A stretch of DNA of 64,000 bases from an uncultured Bacteroidaceae bacterium (lineage in GTDB: Bacteria; Bacteroidota; Bacteroidia; Bacteroidales; GCA-2748055), in NCBI GenBank assembly GCA_964538375.1, contig CAZIFQ010000015.1, positions 13,425-77,424 of the forward strand, given 5' to 3'. Shown piece after piece: positions 19,371 to 27,246 of this stretch. Below the pieces are notes generated by a model. The model saw only the letters and a program-made list of their open reading frames with translations, was not told the DNA's origin and made no database searches. The translations under genes and the position numbers were made by a program. How positions within the stretch are numbered: position 1 is the stretch's first letter; each line of letters starts with the position of its first letter.

Positions 19371-20012
19371 TCAATTTTTCTTTTTGAATAAAAAAGACGC
19401 GACGTTCTCCTCTCCTTTTAATAAGCGTTTAATATTTGCATGGTGTGTTGCCCCCAATAGGGCTGCTGCAATACCAGAAAAAATCCATAGGGAGATATAG
19501 TCGGATTGAAATACCAGGATGACCCATACAGGAAAAGATATCCCGGCAACGATTGATCCCAGTGATACATATTTCCAGATAAGCAATACAATAATAAAGA
19601 CTCCTAGAGCAGATACAGTTGCCAATGGATGTAATGAAATACAGACGCCAGCTATTGTCGCTACCCCTTTTCCTCCCCTGAAACCTGCAAAAATTGGAAA
19701 GATATGTCCTATAACGGCAAATATACCCAGCAGTATGGATATGATCATCCATGTTTCATTTCCCGTCTCAATAACTTTCTGAAAATGCACCAGGTAAACG
19801 GCAAACCAGCCCTTCAGCATATCAACGAGTAATACCGGGACGCCGGTCTTCACTCCCAATACACGCATTACATTTGTGGCCCCGGCATTTCCACTGCCAT
19901 GTTCCCTTACATCTATCTTAAAAAATATCTTTCCAACCCATACCGCAGTAGGAATAGACCCTAAGAGGTAAGCCAGGGGAAATAACCAGGATATTCTAAA
20001 TATTTCAATCAT
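19371..20012 (-). CDS. plsY: Glycerol-3-phosphate acyltransferase PlsY
   Basis: YLLGSIPTA, EHGSGNAGATN and FAGFRGGKGVAT are the conserved PlsY motifs. Polytopic, 213 aa. Confidence 0.9.
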   Translation of the reverse strand: MIEIFRISWLFPLAYLLGSIPTAVWVGKIFFKIDVREHGSGNAGATNVMRVLGVKTGVPVLLVDMLKGWFAVYLVHFQKVIETGNETWMIISILLGIFAVIGHIFPIFAGFRGGKGVATIAGVCISLHPLATVSALGVFIIVLLIWKYVSLGSIVAGISFPVWVILVFQSDYISLWIFSGIAAALLGATHHANIKRLLKGEENVASFLFKKKN

Positions 20013-20029
20013 AATGGTGGCAAAGAAAC

Positions 20030-20060
20030 AAAAAAAGCCGCTATCTCTAGCGGCTTTTAT
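20030..20060 (-). terminator. Rho-independent terminator of pckA
   Basis: The stem is AGCCGCT-atctct-AGCGGCT. On the minus strand the hairpin is followed by TTTTTTTGTTT. It lies 18 nt downstream of the pckA stop. Confidence 0.8.
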
Positions 20061-20077
20061 GATTAGATTAACGCATA

Positions 20078-21694
20078 CTATAATTGCGGACCGGCCTCAA
20101 CAAGGTGCTTGCCTTCTTCGTTATCGGTAAATTGCTTGAAGTTATTAATGAACCTGGAAGCCAGGTCTTTGGCTTTGGTATCCCATTCAGTGACATCCTC
20201 ATATGTATCTCTTGGATCCAGTATGCTACTGTCAACACGCGGAAGTGCAATAGGCATCTCAAGATTAAAGTAAGGAAGAACCTTGGTTTCTGTTTTATCA
20301 ACATCTCCGTTAAGGATGGCATCGATGATGGCACGTGTATCTTTTATGGAGATACGCTTCCCTGTACCATTCCAGCCGGTATTAACGATATACGCTGTTG
20401 CCCCTGACGCTTCCATTTTCTTCACCAATTCTTGTCCGTATTTAGTCGGATGAACTGTTAAAAATGCAGCGCCGAAACAAGCTGAAAATGCAGGAACCGG
20501 CTCAATAATACCAACTTCAGTACCAGCCAGTTTTGCTGTAAATCCTGAGAGGAAATGATATTTTGTCTGCTCTGGGTTCAGTTTTGCAACCGGAGGCATA
20601 ACGCCAAATGCATCGGCAGTAAGGAAGATAACTTTTTTGGCATGTCCACCTTTAGAAATTGGCTTAACAATATTATCAATATGATAAATCGGGTAAGAAA
20701 CCCTGGTATTCTCTGTAATTGAGTTATCAGAAAAATCAACTTTTCCATTTTCGGCAACTGACACATTTTCCAACAATGCATCCTGGCGAATAGCATTGAA
20801 GATATCTGGCTCATTTTCTTTACTCAGGTTAATAGTCTTCGCATAACATCCACCTTCAAAATTAAAAACACCATTGTCATCCCAGCCATGCTCATCATCA
20901 CCAATCAAAGCACGATTTGGATCAGTTGAAAGGGTAGTTTTACCTGTTCCTGACAATCCAAAGAAGACAGCTGTATCACCATCTTTTCCAACATTGGCAG
21001 AGCAGTGCATGGCTGCAATTCCTTTCAGTGGAAGGTAATAGTTCATTATTGAAAAAATACCTTTCTTCATCTCTCCTCCATACCAGCTGCCACCAATAAC
21101 AGCCATTTTTTCAGTCAGGTTGAAGAAGACAAAAACTTCAGAATTTAATCCTTGTTCTTTCCATTCAGGATTAACAGTCTTAGCTGCATTTAATGCAACA
21201 AAGTCAGGTTCAAAATTTTCCAGTTCCTCTTCTGAAGGCCTGATAAACATATTCTTCACAAAATGCGCCTGCCATGCCACTTCCATAATGAAACGAATCT
21301 TCATCCTACTGTCTTCATTAGCTCCGGCATAGGAATCGATAACAAACAATCTCTTATTAGAAAGCTGTTTACCAGCCAGGGCACGTCCCTTTTTCCATAC
21401 ATCCTGGTTGATTGGCTTATTATCAGAGGTTTTCGCAGTTTCAGATTTCCACCATATGGTATCCCTGGAGATATCATCCATTACAACATATTTATCTTTT
21501 GGAGACCTGCCAGTAAAGATACCTGTGTTAACGTTCACAGCACCAAATTCGGATAATACACCTCTTTCATAACCTTCAAGACTCTTATCCAACTCCTCTT
21601 CAAAAAACTGATCATAGGATGGGTTATAAACAATATCCGTGGAACCTGTAATTCCGTATCTCTCCAGGTTTAATTTCTTAATAAGATTTGTCAT
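20078..21694 (-). CDS. pckA: Phosphoenolpyruvate carboxykinase (ATP)
   Basis: [13 protein letters not shown] is kinase-1a. [14 protein letters not shown] and [14 protein letters not shown] are ATP-PEPCK signature segments. 538 aa. Confidence 0.95.
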   Translation of the reverse strand: MTNLIKKLNLERYGITGSTDIVYNPSYDQFFEEELDKSLEGYERGVLSEFGAVNVNTGIFTGRSPKDKYVVMDDISRDTIWWKSETAKTSDNKPINQDVWKKGRALAGKQLSNKRLFVIDSYAGANEDSRMKIRFIMEVAWQAHFVKNMFIRPSEEELENFEPDFVALNAAKTVNPEWKEQGLNSEVFVFFNLTEKMAVIGGSWYGGEMKKGIFSIMNYYLPLKGIAAMHCSANVGKDGDTAVFFGLSGTGKTTLSTDPNRALIGDDEHGWDDNGVFNFEGGCYAKTINLSKENEPDIFNAIRQDALLENVSVAENGKVDFSDNSITENTRVSYPIYHIDNIVKPISKGGHAKKVIFLTADAFGVMPPVAKLNPEQTKYHFLSGFTAKLAGTEVGIIEPVPAFSACFGAAFLTVHPTKYGQELVKKMEASGATAYIVNTGWNGTGKRISIKDTRAIIDAILNGDVDKTETKVLPYFNLEMPIALPRVDSSILDPRDTYEDVTEWDTKAKDLASRFINNFKQFTDNEEGKHLVEAGPQL

Positions 21695-21786
21695 AATTTC
21701 TTGATTAATGATATTTAGGCATTTATATATTTCTAAATAGAATTAGCTTAGTTACGATTTTGGTTTCAATTCAAACTGTAAAATCC

Positions 21787-21824
21787 AAAAAAAAGCAGTA
21801 ATAACCAAATATTACTGCTTTTTA
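21787..21824 (-). terminator. Rho-independent terminator of ppdK
   Basis: The stem is GCAGTAAT-aaccaaat-ATTACTGC. On the minus strand it is followed by TTTTTTTT. It lies ~30 nt downstream of the ppdK stop. Confidence 0.75.
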
Positions 21825-21851
21825 TAGCTAGATTTAATATGTTATTTAACC

Positions 21852-24560
21852 TTATCTCAGAGAAGCCTGAGCTGCAGCTAGCCTTGCAATAGGAACTCTG
21901 AATGGAGAACAGCTTACATAGTTCATTCCAACCCTGTAGCAAAACTCTACTGATTCGGGATCACCACCGTGCTCACCGCAAATACCTACCTTCAGGTCAG
22001 GCTTTACCGAACGACCTTTTGATGTTCCGATTTCAACAAGTTGGCCAACACCTTCCTGGTCGAGTGTTTGGAAAGGATCCTGCTTAAGCAGACCTTTCTT
22101 CAAATAAACGGGTAGGAATTTACCAGCATCATCTCTTGAATAACCAAAAGCCATCTGGGTCAGGTCATTGGTACCAAATGAGAAGAATTCGGCATGTTCA
22201 GCAATCAGGTCAGCAGTAAGCGCTGCTCTTGGAATCTCTATCATTGTTCCAACAAGGAAGTCACACTTCGCGCCTTTTTCTTCAAACACTTTCTCAGCAG
22301 TAGCTCTTATGATATCTTCCTGCATCTTGAATTCTTTCCAAGTACCGATCAGTGGAACCATGATTTCCGGACGTGCATCAACACCTTTTTGCTTCAGGTT
22401 AACTGCTGCCTCGATGATAGCTCTTGCCTGCATCTCTGTAATCTCAGGATATGTGTTACCTAATCTGCAGCCACGGTGACCGAGCATTGGATTAAACTCA
22501 GCTAAATCTTCTACTAATTCTTTAACCTTTGCTACAGTAATACCCATTTCGTCGGCCATAACTTTTTGGTTCGCATCATCGTGAGGAACAAATTCGTGTA
22601 ATGGTGGATCAAGCAAACGGATTGTTACACCGTATCCTGCCATGGTTTCAAGGATTCCTTCGAAATCTTCTCTTTGGTAAGGAAGAAGCTTATCTAATGC
22701 TTTGCGACGTGCTGGCTCTTCAGTAGCAAGAATCATCTCACGCATAGCTTTAATTCTCTCCCCCTCGAAGAACATATGCTCTGTACGGGTAAGCCCAATA
22801 CCTTTTGCTCCAAAATCTCTTGCAACCTGTGCATCATGAGGAGTATCAGCATTTGTACGAACATCCATTTTAGTATGTTTCTCTGCAAGTGCAAGAATTG
22901 CTCCGAAGTCTCCACTCAGTTCTGGATCGATAGTTGCGATTTTACCTTTCAGCACGCTACCTGTTGTTCCATTCAATGAAATCCAGTCTCCTTCTTTCAA
23001 CACTTGTCCTGCAGCGTTAAGCGTTCTGGCTTTATAATCAATCTTGATTCCACCTGCCCCGGACACACAACATTTACCCATTCCGCGAGCTACAACAGCT
23101 GCGTGAGATGTCATTCCACCACGTGCAGTAAGAATACCTTTTGCAATATTCATTCCTTCCAGGTCTTCAGGAGAAGTCTCCATACGTACCAGGATTGAAA
23201 CAGGATATTTGTCAGCTTCATCAGCAAAGAAAACAATTTGACCGGTTGCAGCACCTGGTGATGCAGGCAATCCGCTAGCCAAAATTTCACCTTTCACCAG
23301 TGCATTTTTATCAAATACCGGGTGAAGCAACTCATCCAGTTTTGAAGGCTCCTGGCGAAGCAATGCAGTTTTCTCGTCAATCATACCCTCAGCCAGTGAA
23401 TCGATGGCAATTTTTACCATTGCAGCACCAGTTCTCTTACCATTACGAGTTTGGAGCAACCAAAGTTTTTTATCCTGGATGGTAAACTCAAGGTCTTGCA
23501 TGTCTTTGAAATACTTCTCCAACTTATCCTGGGTCTCATCTAATTCTCTATATACTTCCGGCATTACCTCTTCTAATGAAGGATAATCTGCGAAACGAAC
23601 TTCTTCAGATACATTAGCCAATACTGCCCAACGCAATGATCCTTCTTTGGTAATCTGGCGAGGTGTACGAACACCTGCAACTACGTCTTCACCCTGTGCG
23701 TCAATAAGGTATTCACCGTTGAAGATATTTTCTCCTGTAGCGGCATCCCTGGTGAAAGCAACTCCTGTACCAGAATCCTGGCCCATGTTACCAAATACCA
23801 TTGCCTGAACATTGACAGCCGTTCCCCACTCTTCAGGAATCTGATTCATCTGGCGATAATAGATTGCCCTTGGTGTGTTCCAGCTATTGAATACTGCCAT
23901 AATAGCTCCCCATAATTGATCCCATGGATTAACAGGGAAATCATGTCCGGTTTGTGCTTTAACAGCTGCCTTAAACTTAAGCACCAATTCTTTGAGATCT
24001 GCTACTTCAAGTTCATTGTCATTCTCAACACCACGTGCTTCTTTTACTTCTTCCAGGATAGCTTCGAAAGGATCAATGTCTTCCTTGCTTTCAGGTTTCA
24101 GTCCAAGAACAACATCACCATACATCTGCACGAATCTGCGATAGCTGTCCCATGCAAATTTTTCATTTCCTGATTTTGCAATAAGACCTTGAACAGCATC
24201 TTCATTCATACCCAGGTTAAGCACTGTATCCATCATACCTGGCATTGAAACCCTGGCACCTGAACGTACAGAAACTAAACAAGGATTTTCATCGCTGCCA
24301 AACTTGGTACCCATAATTTCCTCAATATTTTTTACTGCTGCTTCAACTTCTGTTTTGATCAACTCTACAGCTTTGTCTTGACCCATTTGGTTGTACTCAG
24401 TACAAACCTCTGTTGTGATAGTAAATCCCGGAGGAACCGGAACTCCAATCAGGTTCATTTCCGCAAGGTTGGCTCCTTTGCCACCAAGCAAGTTCTTCAT
24501 GTCAGATCTACCTTCTGAAAGCTTGTTTCCAAAGGTATAAACACGTTTAACATTTGACAT
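21852..24560 (-). CDS. ppdK: Pyruvate, phosphate dikinase
   Basis: KRVYTFG...GGKGANLAEM is the ATP-grasp N-terminus. GGMTSHAAVVARGMG is the phospho-His swivel domain. FFSFGTNDLTQ and CGEHGGDP mark the PEP-utilising C-terminal domain. 902 aa. Confidence 0.95.
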   Translation of the reverse strand: MSNVKRVYTFGNKLSEGRSDMKNLLGGKGANLAEMNLIGVPVPPGFTITTEVCTEYNQMGQDKAVELIKTEVEAAVKNIEEIMGTKFGSDENPCLVSVRSGARVSMPGMMDTVLNLGMNEDAVQGLIAKSGNEKFAWDSYRRFVQMYGDVVLGLKPESKEDIDPFEAILEEVKEARGVENDNELEVADLKELVLKFKAAVKAQTGHDFPVNPWDQLWGAIMAVFNSWNTPRAIYYRQMNQIPEEWGTAVNVQAMVFGNMGQDSGTGVAFTRDAATGENIFNGEYLIDAQGEDVVAGVRTPRQITKEGSLRWAVLANVSEEVRFADYPSLEEVMPEVYRELDETQDKLEKYFKDMQDLEFTIQDKKLWLLQTRNGKRTGAAMVKIAIDSLAEGMIDEKTALLRQEPSKLDELLHPVFDKNALVKGEILASGLPASPGAATGQIVFFADEADKYPVSILVRMETSPEDLEGMNIAKGILTARGGMTSHAAVVARGMGKCCVSGAGGIKIDYKARTLNAAGQVLKEGDWISLNGTTGSVLKGKIATIDPELSGDFGAILALAEKHTKMDVRTNADTPHDAQVARDFGAKGIGLTRTEHMFFEGERIKAMREMILATEEPARRKALDKLLPYQREDFEGILETMAGYGVTIRLLDPPLHEFVPHDDANQKVMADEMGITVAKVKELVEDLAEFNPMLGHRGCRLGNTYPEITEMQARAIIEAAVNLKQKGVDARPEIMVPLIGTWKEFKMQEDIIRATAEKVFEEKGAKCDFLVGTMIEIPRAALTADLIAEHAEFFSFGTNDLTQMAFGYSRDDAGKFLPVYLKKGLLKQDPFQTLDQEGVGQLVEIGTSKGRSVKPDLKVGICGEHGGDPESVEFCYRVGMNYVSCSPFRVPIARLAAAQASLR

Positions 24561-24620
24561 TCTTATATTCTTTTAAGTGTTAATAATGAACGAGTTAACG
24601 ATTTCTCGAAAAAGAGAAGA

Positions 24621-24628
24621 CAAATGTA
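24621..24628 (-). promoter_or_regulatory. -7 box TACATTTG (minus strand) for ppdK
   Basis: The plus strand reads CAAATGTA. This is an exact TAnnTTTG on the minus strand, about 60 nt upstream of the ATG at 24560. Confidence 0.45.
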
Positions 24629-25084
24629 CCTCTATTTTTTGAGAATATTAATCTTATTAAAGTTAAATTATTGTAAACTCAGGTGACATGAATAGAGCCA
24701 ATACTGCATTGTTATTGAGGAATCAACCTGCATAGGGGAAGTTCATCCTCATAGCAAATTCGAGTAGAAAATCACTATCGTAAGATAATTCAATATACTC
24801 GGTATTTTCCCGTACATTTTCAATTCTTTGGATAAAAGACCCGGACTTCAATGCCAAATCCTCCGGCCACATAAATTTGCACCTAGCATTTCATACCCAT
24901 GAATAATAATTATACAACAAGCGTAGTTTTTCAGCCAAACAGAAATACATTATATTCGGCGAAAAGTCACCCTTCAAACAAGGATAGCCACATATTACAT
25001 GCTACATAAGGACTACAGGAGAATATACATATATTAATAAGTGTTTATATACGTATATTTTTTGGAGGGCCTGGTTTATTGAAC

Positions 25085-25108
25085 AGACACGATAAATCGC
25101 GTCTCTAC
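25085..25108. repeat. REP-like hairpin element (AGACACGAT-AA-ATCGCGTCT-CTAC)
   Basis: The 9-bp arms carry one mismatch. The core is the same as at 44010-44033. The xerD stop codon (25105-25107) lies in the CTAC tail. Confidence 0.6.
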
Positions 25109-26064
25109 CTCCCCGACCTGGGATGAAAACTCAATATCGTTTCCCTCAAATATTCCCGATCCAGGTGTGTATAAATCTCGGTGGTTACGATGGATTCGTG
25201 ACCGAGCATCTCCTGCACGGCGCGCAGATCTGCACCGCCTTCAATGAGGTGGGTGGCAAAGGAGTGGCGGAAGGTATGCGGACTGATGTTCTTCTCAATA
25301 CCTGCTTTCTCCTTTAAGTTCTTGACAATGGTGAATATCATCACCCGGCTTAATTGTTTCCCCCTTCGGTTAAGAAAGAGGATATCCTGGGATTCTTTAT
25401 CAATGCTTTTTAAGGAATTGCGATCCGGAAGATACCTGTCTATCTCTTTTAGGGCATTGGCGCTGATGGGGATTAAGCGTTCCTTGTCGCCCTTACCGAT
25501 TACCCTGATAAAACCCTCTTCCCTATAAATATTAGTCAGTTTTAGCCCCACCAGTTCACTCACTCGCAAACCGCAGCTATACATTACTTCCAGCATGGCC
25601 TTGTTCCTGTGACCCTCCGCTTTGCTTAAATCGATGAAGGAAAAAAGATGGTCGATCTCTTCCACTGAAAGTACTTCCGGTAGTTTCCTGCCAATTCTTG
25701 GTGTTTCAAGCATGGCAGTTGGATCTTTACTTATTCGCTCCTCAAGTATGAGGTACTTGTAAAATGCCTTCACGCCTGATATGATACGTGATTGTGTCCT
25801 CGCATTTAATCCGGATTCACCAATCCACTGAATAAACTGCTGCAAAAGTTTACTATCTACCTCCTCGGGCTTCAACTCCTCTCCCACCATCTCAATAAAA
25901 CTTACCAACTTCAGGATATCTCTTTCATAGGCCTCAATTGAATGCGGCGATAGGCCCTTTTCCAGCTTTAGAAAATGCCTGAATTCATTTATGTCTTTGT
26001 TCCAATTCCCCACTTTTTCCTTTTTCCTTTTTCCTTTTCCTTTTCCTTTTTCCTTTACATACAT
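25105..26064 (-). CDS. xerD: Site-specific tyrosine recombinase XerD-like (start uncertain: ATG 26064 or GTG 26013)
   Basis: FLKLEKGLSPHSIEAYERDILK is the SAM-like N-domain. The catalytic domain shows MYSCGLRVSELVGL (Arg), SPHTFRHSFATHLIEGGADLRAVQEMLGHESIVTTEIYTH (H-x-x-R, H, Y). Confidence 0.85.
   Translation of the reverse strand: MYVKEKGKGKGKRKKEKVGNWNKDINEFRHFLKLEKGLSPHSIEAYERDILKLVSFIEMVGEELKPEEVDSKLLQQFIQWIGESGLNARTQSRIISGVKAFYKYLILEERISKDPTAMLETPRIGRKLPEVLSVEEIDHLFSFIDLSKAEGHRNKAMLEVMYSCGLRVSELVGLKLTNIYREEGFIRVIGKGDKERLIPISANALKEIDRYLPDRNSLKSIDKESQDILFLNRRGKQLSRVMIFTIVKNLKEKAGIEKNISPHTFRHSFATHLIEGGADLRAVQEMLGHESIVTTEIYTHLDREYLRETILSFHPRSGR
26014..26056. repeat. Imperfect polypyrimidine/polypurine microsatellite, (TTTTTCC)3(TTTTCC)2(TTTTTCC)1
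   Basis: Read directly. On the minus strand it encodes the GKGKGKRKKEK tail of the longest xerD ORF, or it lies just upstream of the alternative GTG start. Confidence 0.85.
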
Positions 26065-26121
26065 GCATGGGACCTACGTATGGCTGCGAAAAAATGTAAA
26101 AGAACATTTACTTCCTGGTTC

Positions 26122-26706
26122 CTACCAGGGCACCCTCTCAATCATCAATACCAGCGCTACGCCCAATCCAACACCTGCCAATATAAGGTTCCATTCTCTC
26201 CTGGATACTTTAATTGCGCTCACCATCAACCAGGTTATGAGCATAATAATAGTTACGATAATGATTTGTCCAATCTCAATTCCTATATTGAAGGATAACA
26301 GTGGCTTCCATATGGAACTCTCTTGTCCTAATAAACTGCGCAGGTAATTCGAAAAACCCAATCCATGTATCAGTCCGAAGAACATTGCTGCAGCATATTT
26401 AATATTATGAAGTAATTTATTTACATCGGTACCCTTATTTATAGCGTTAAAGAGCGCTGTCAGGAAAATGGTAAGCGGAATCAAAAACTCTATCAAGTTG
26501 GTGGAGACAGAAATCAGATTCAATGTTGCAAGTGCCAGGGTAACAGAATGTCCAATGGTAAATGCCGTAATAAGAATCAGTACTCTTTTCCATTCACTCA
26601 ATTTATAGACAGAACACAGCGTTATTAGAAACAGGATATGATCATAACCTTTTATATCCATGATGTGATCAATCCCAAGTTTCAGATATAATTCAAATGA
26701 TGACAT
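26122..26706 (-). CDS. HupE/UreJ_2 family membrane protein
   Basis: LKLGIDHIMDIKGYDHILFLITL and LITAFTIGHSVTLALA are the conserved His-containing helices of the family. Six TM segments, 194 aa. Confidence 0.7.
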   Translation of the reverse strand: MSSFELYLKLGIDHIMDIKGYDHILFLITLCSVYKLSEWKRVLILITAFTIGHSVTLALATLNLISVSTNLIEFLIPLTIFLTALFNAINKGTDVNKLLHNIKYAAAMFFGLIHGLGFSNYLRSLLGQESSIWKPLLSFNIGIEIGQIIIVTIIMLITWLMVSAIKVSRREWNLILAGVGLGVALVLMIERVPW

Positions 26707-26735
26707 AATATATTTTTATGATCACAAGTTTAATG

Positions 26736-26743
26736 TAATTTTG
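26736..26743 (+). promoter_or_regulatory. -7 box TAATTTTG immediately upstream of the 26748 operon
   Basis: Exact TAnnTTTG match, but it ends only 4 nt before the ATG at 26748. That implies a leaderless or near-leaderless mRNA, so the call is uncertain. Confidence 0.3.
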
Positions 26744-26747
26744 AAGA

Positions 26748-27242
26748 ATGAGGAAATTCTTTCTTTCAACAATAGTACTATTCTTTGTCCTATCAGGTGT
26801 CAGTGCACATCCGCTTCATCTCTCTATTATTAATGTGAGTATTGAAGGGACTGTGATGTCTGTCACTATCAGTACTTTTGTAGATGACTGGGAAACATCA
26901 TATTTTCACTACTTTAGCAAACCTGCGGATCTTACTCTTCCAGAAAATTATAAAGGGGAATGGTTTATGGGCAGATTGGAGGCATCTCTTCAAATACGGG
27001 AAAAAGAAGACGATGATTCAGTAAAACTTACCGTTGATAACATCATGTTTGATGAGCTATCTATGACCATTGAAATGCACGGGAAGCTGAAAAAAACCCC
27101 GAAATCTTTGTACATTTACAATGCAATTTTGACGGACATATTTCCGGATCAGACCAACCTGGTTATTGTTTCTCTCAATAACAAGGAAACAGGCATGAAA
27201 TTTGATTATAAAACAAAGCAGAAGGAACTGAAGCTGAGGTAA
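26748..27242 (+). CDS. Secreted DUF6702-like protein (164 aa)
   Basis: The signal peptide is followed by the mature N-terminus HPLHLSIINVSIEG...TFVDDWE. This matches the H-x-x-H-x-S start I associate with DUF6702, a family commonly encoded next to HupE_UreJ_2 genes. Confidence 0.55.
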   Translation: MRKFFLSTIVLFFVLSGVSAHPLHLSIINVSIEGTVMSVTISTFVDDWETSYFHYFSKPADLTLPENYKGEWFMGRLEASLQIREKEDDDSVKLTVDNIMFDELSMTIEMHGKLKKTPKSLYIYNAILTDIFPDQTNLVIVSLNNKETGMKFDYKTKQKELKLR

Positions 27243-27246
27243 AGTC

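Noticed and set aside
20078-24560. pckA-ppdK adjacency as a novel PEP-cycling module
   Set aside because: The two genes have separate terminators (20030-20060 and 21787-21824) and a 157-bp spacer, so they are independent transcription units. Both are standard central-metabolism genes in anaerobic and facultative Bacteroidota.
25105-26064. Tyrosine recombinase as a marker of an integrative mobile element
   Set aside because: The sequence is XerD-like throughout. The flanks are housekeeping genes (ppdK and a HupE-like protein), with no tRNA target, direct-repeat att sites, or phage, conjugation or IS genes.
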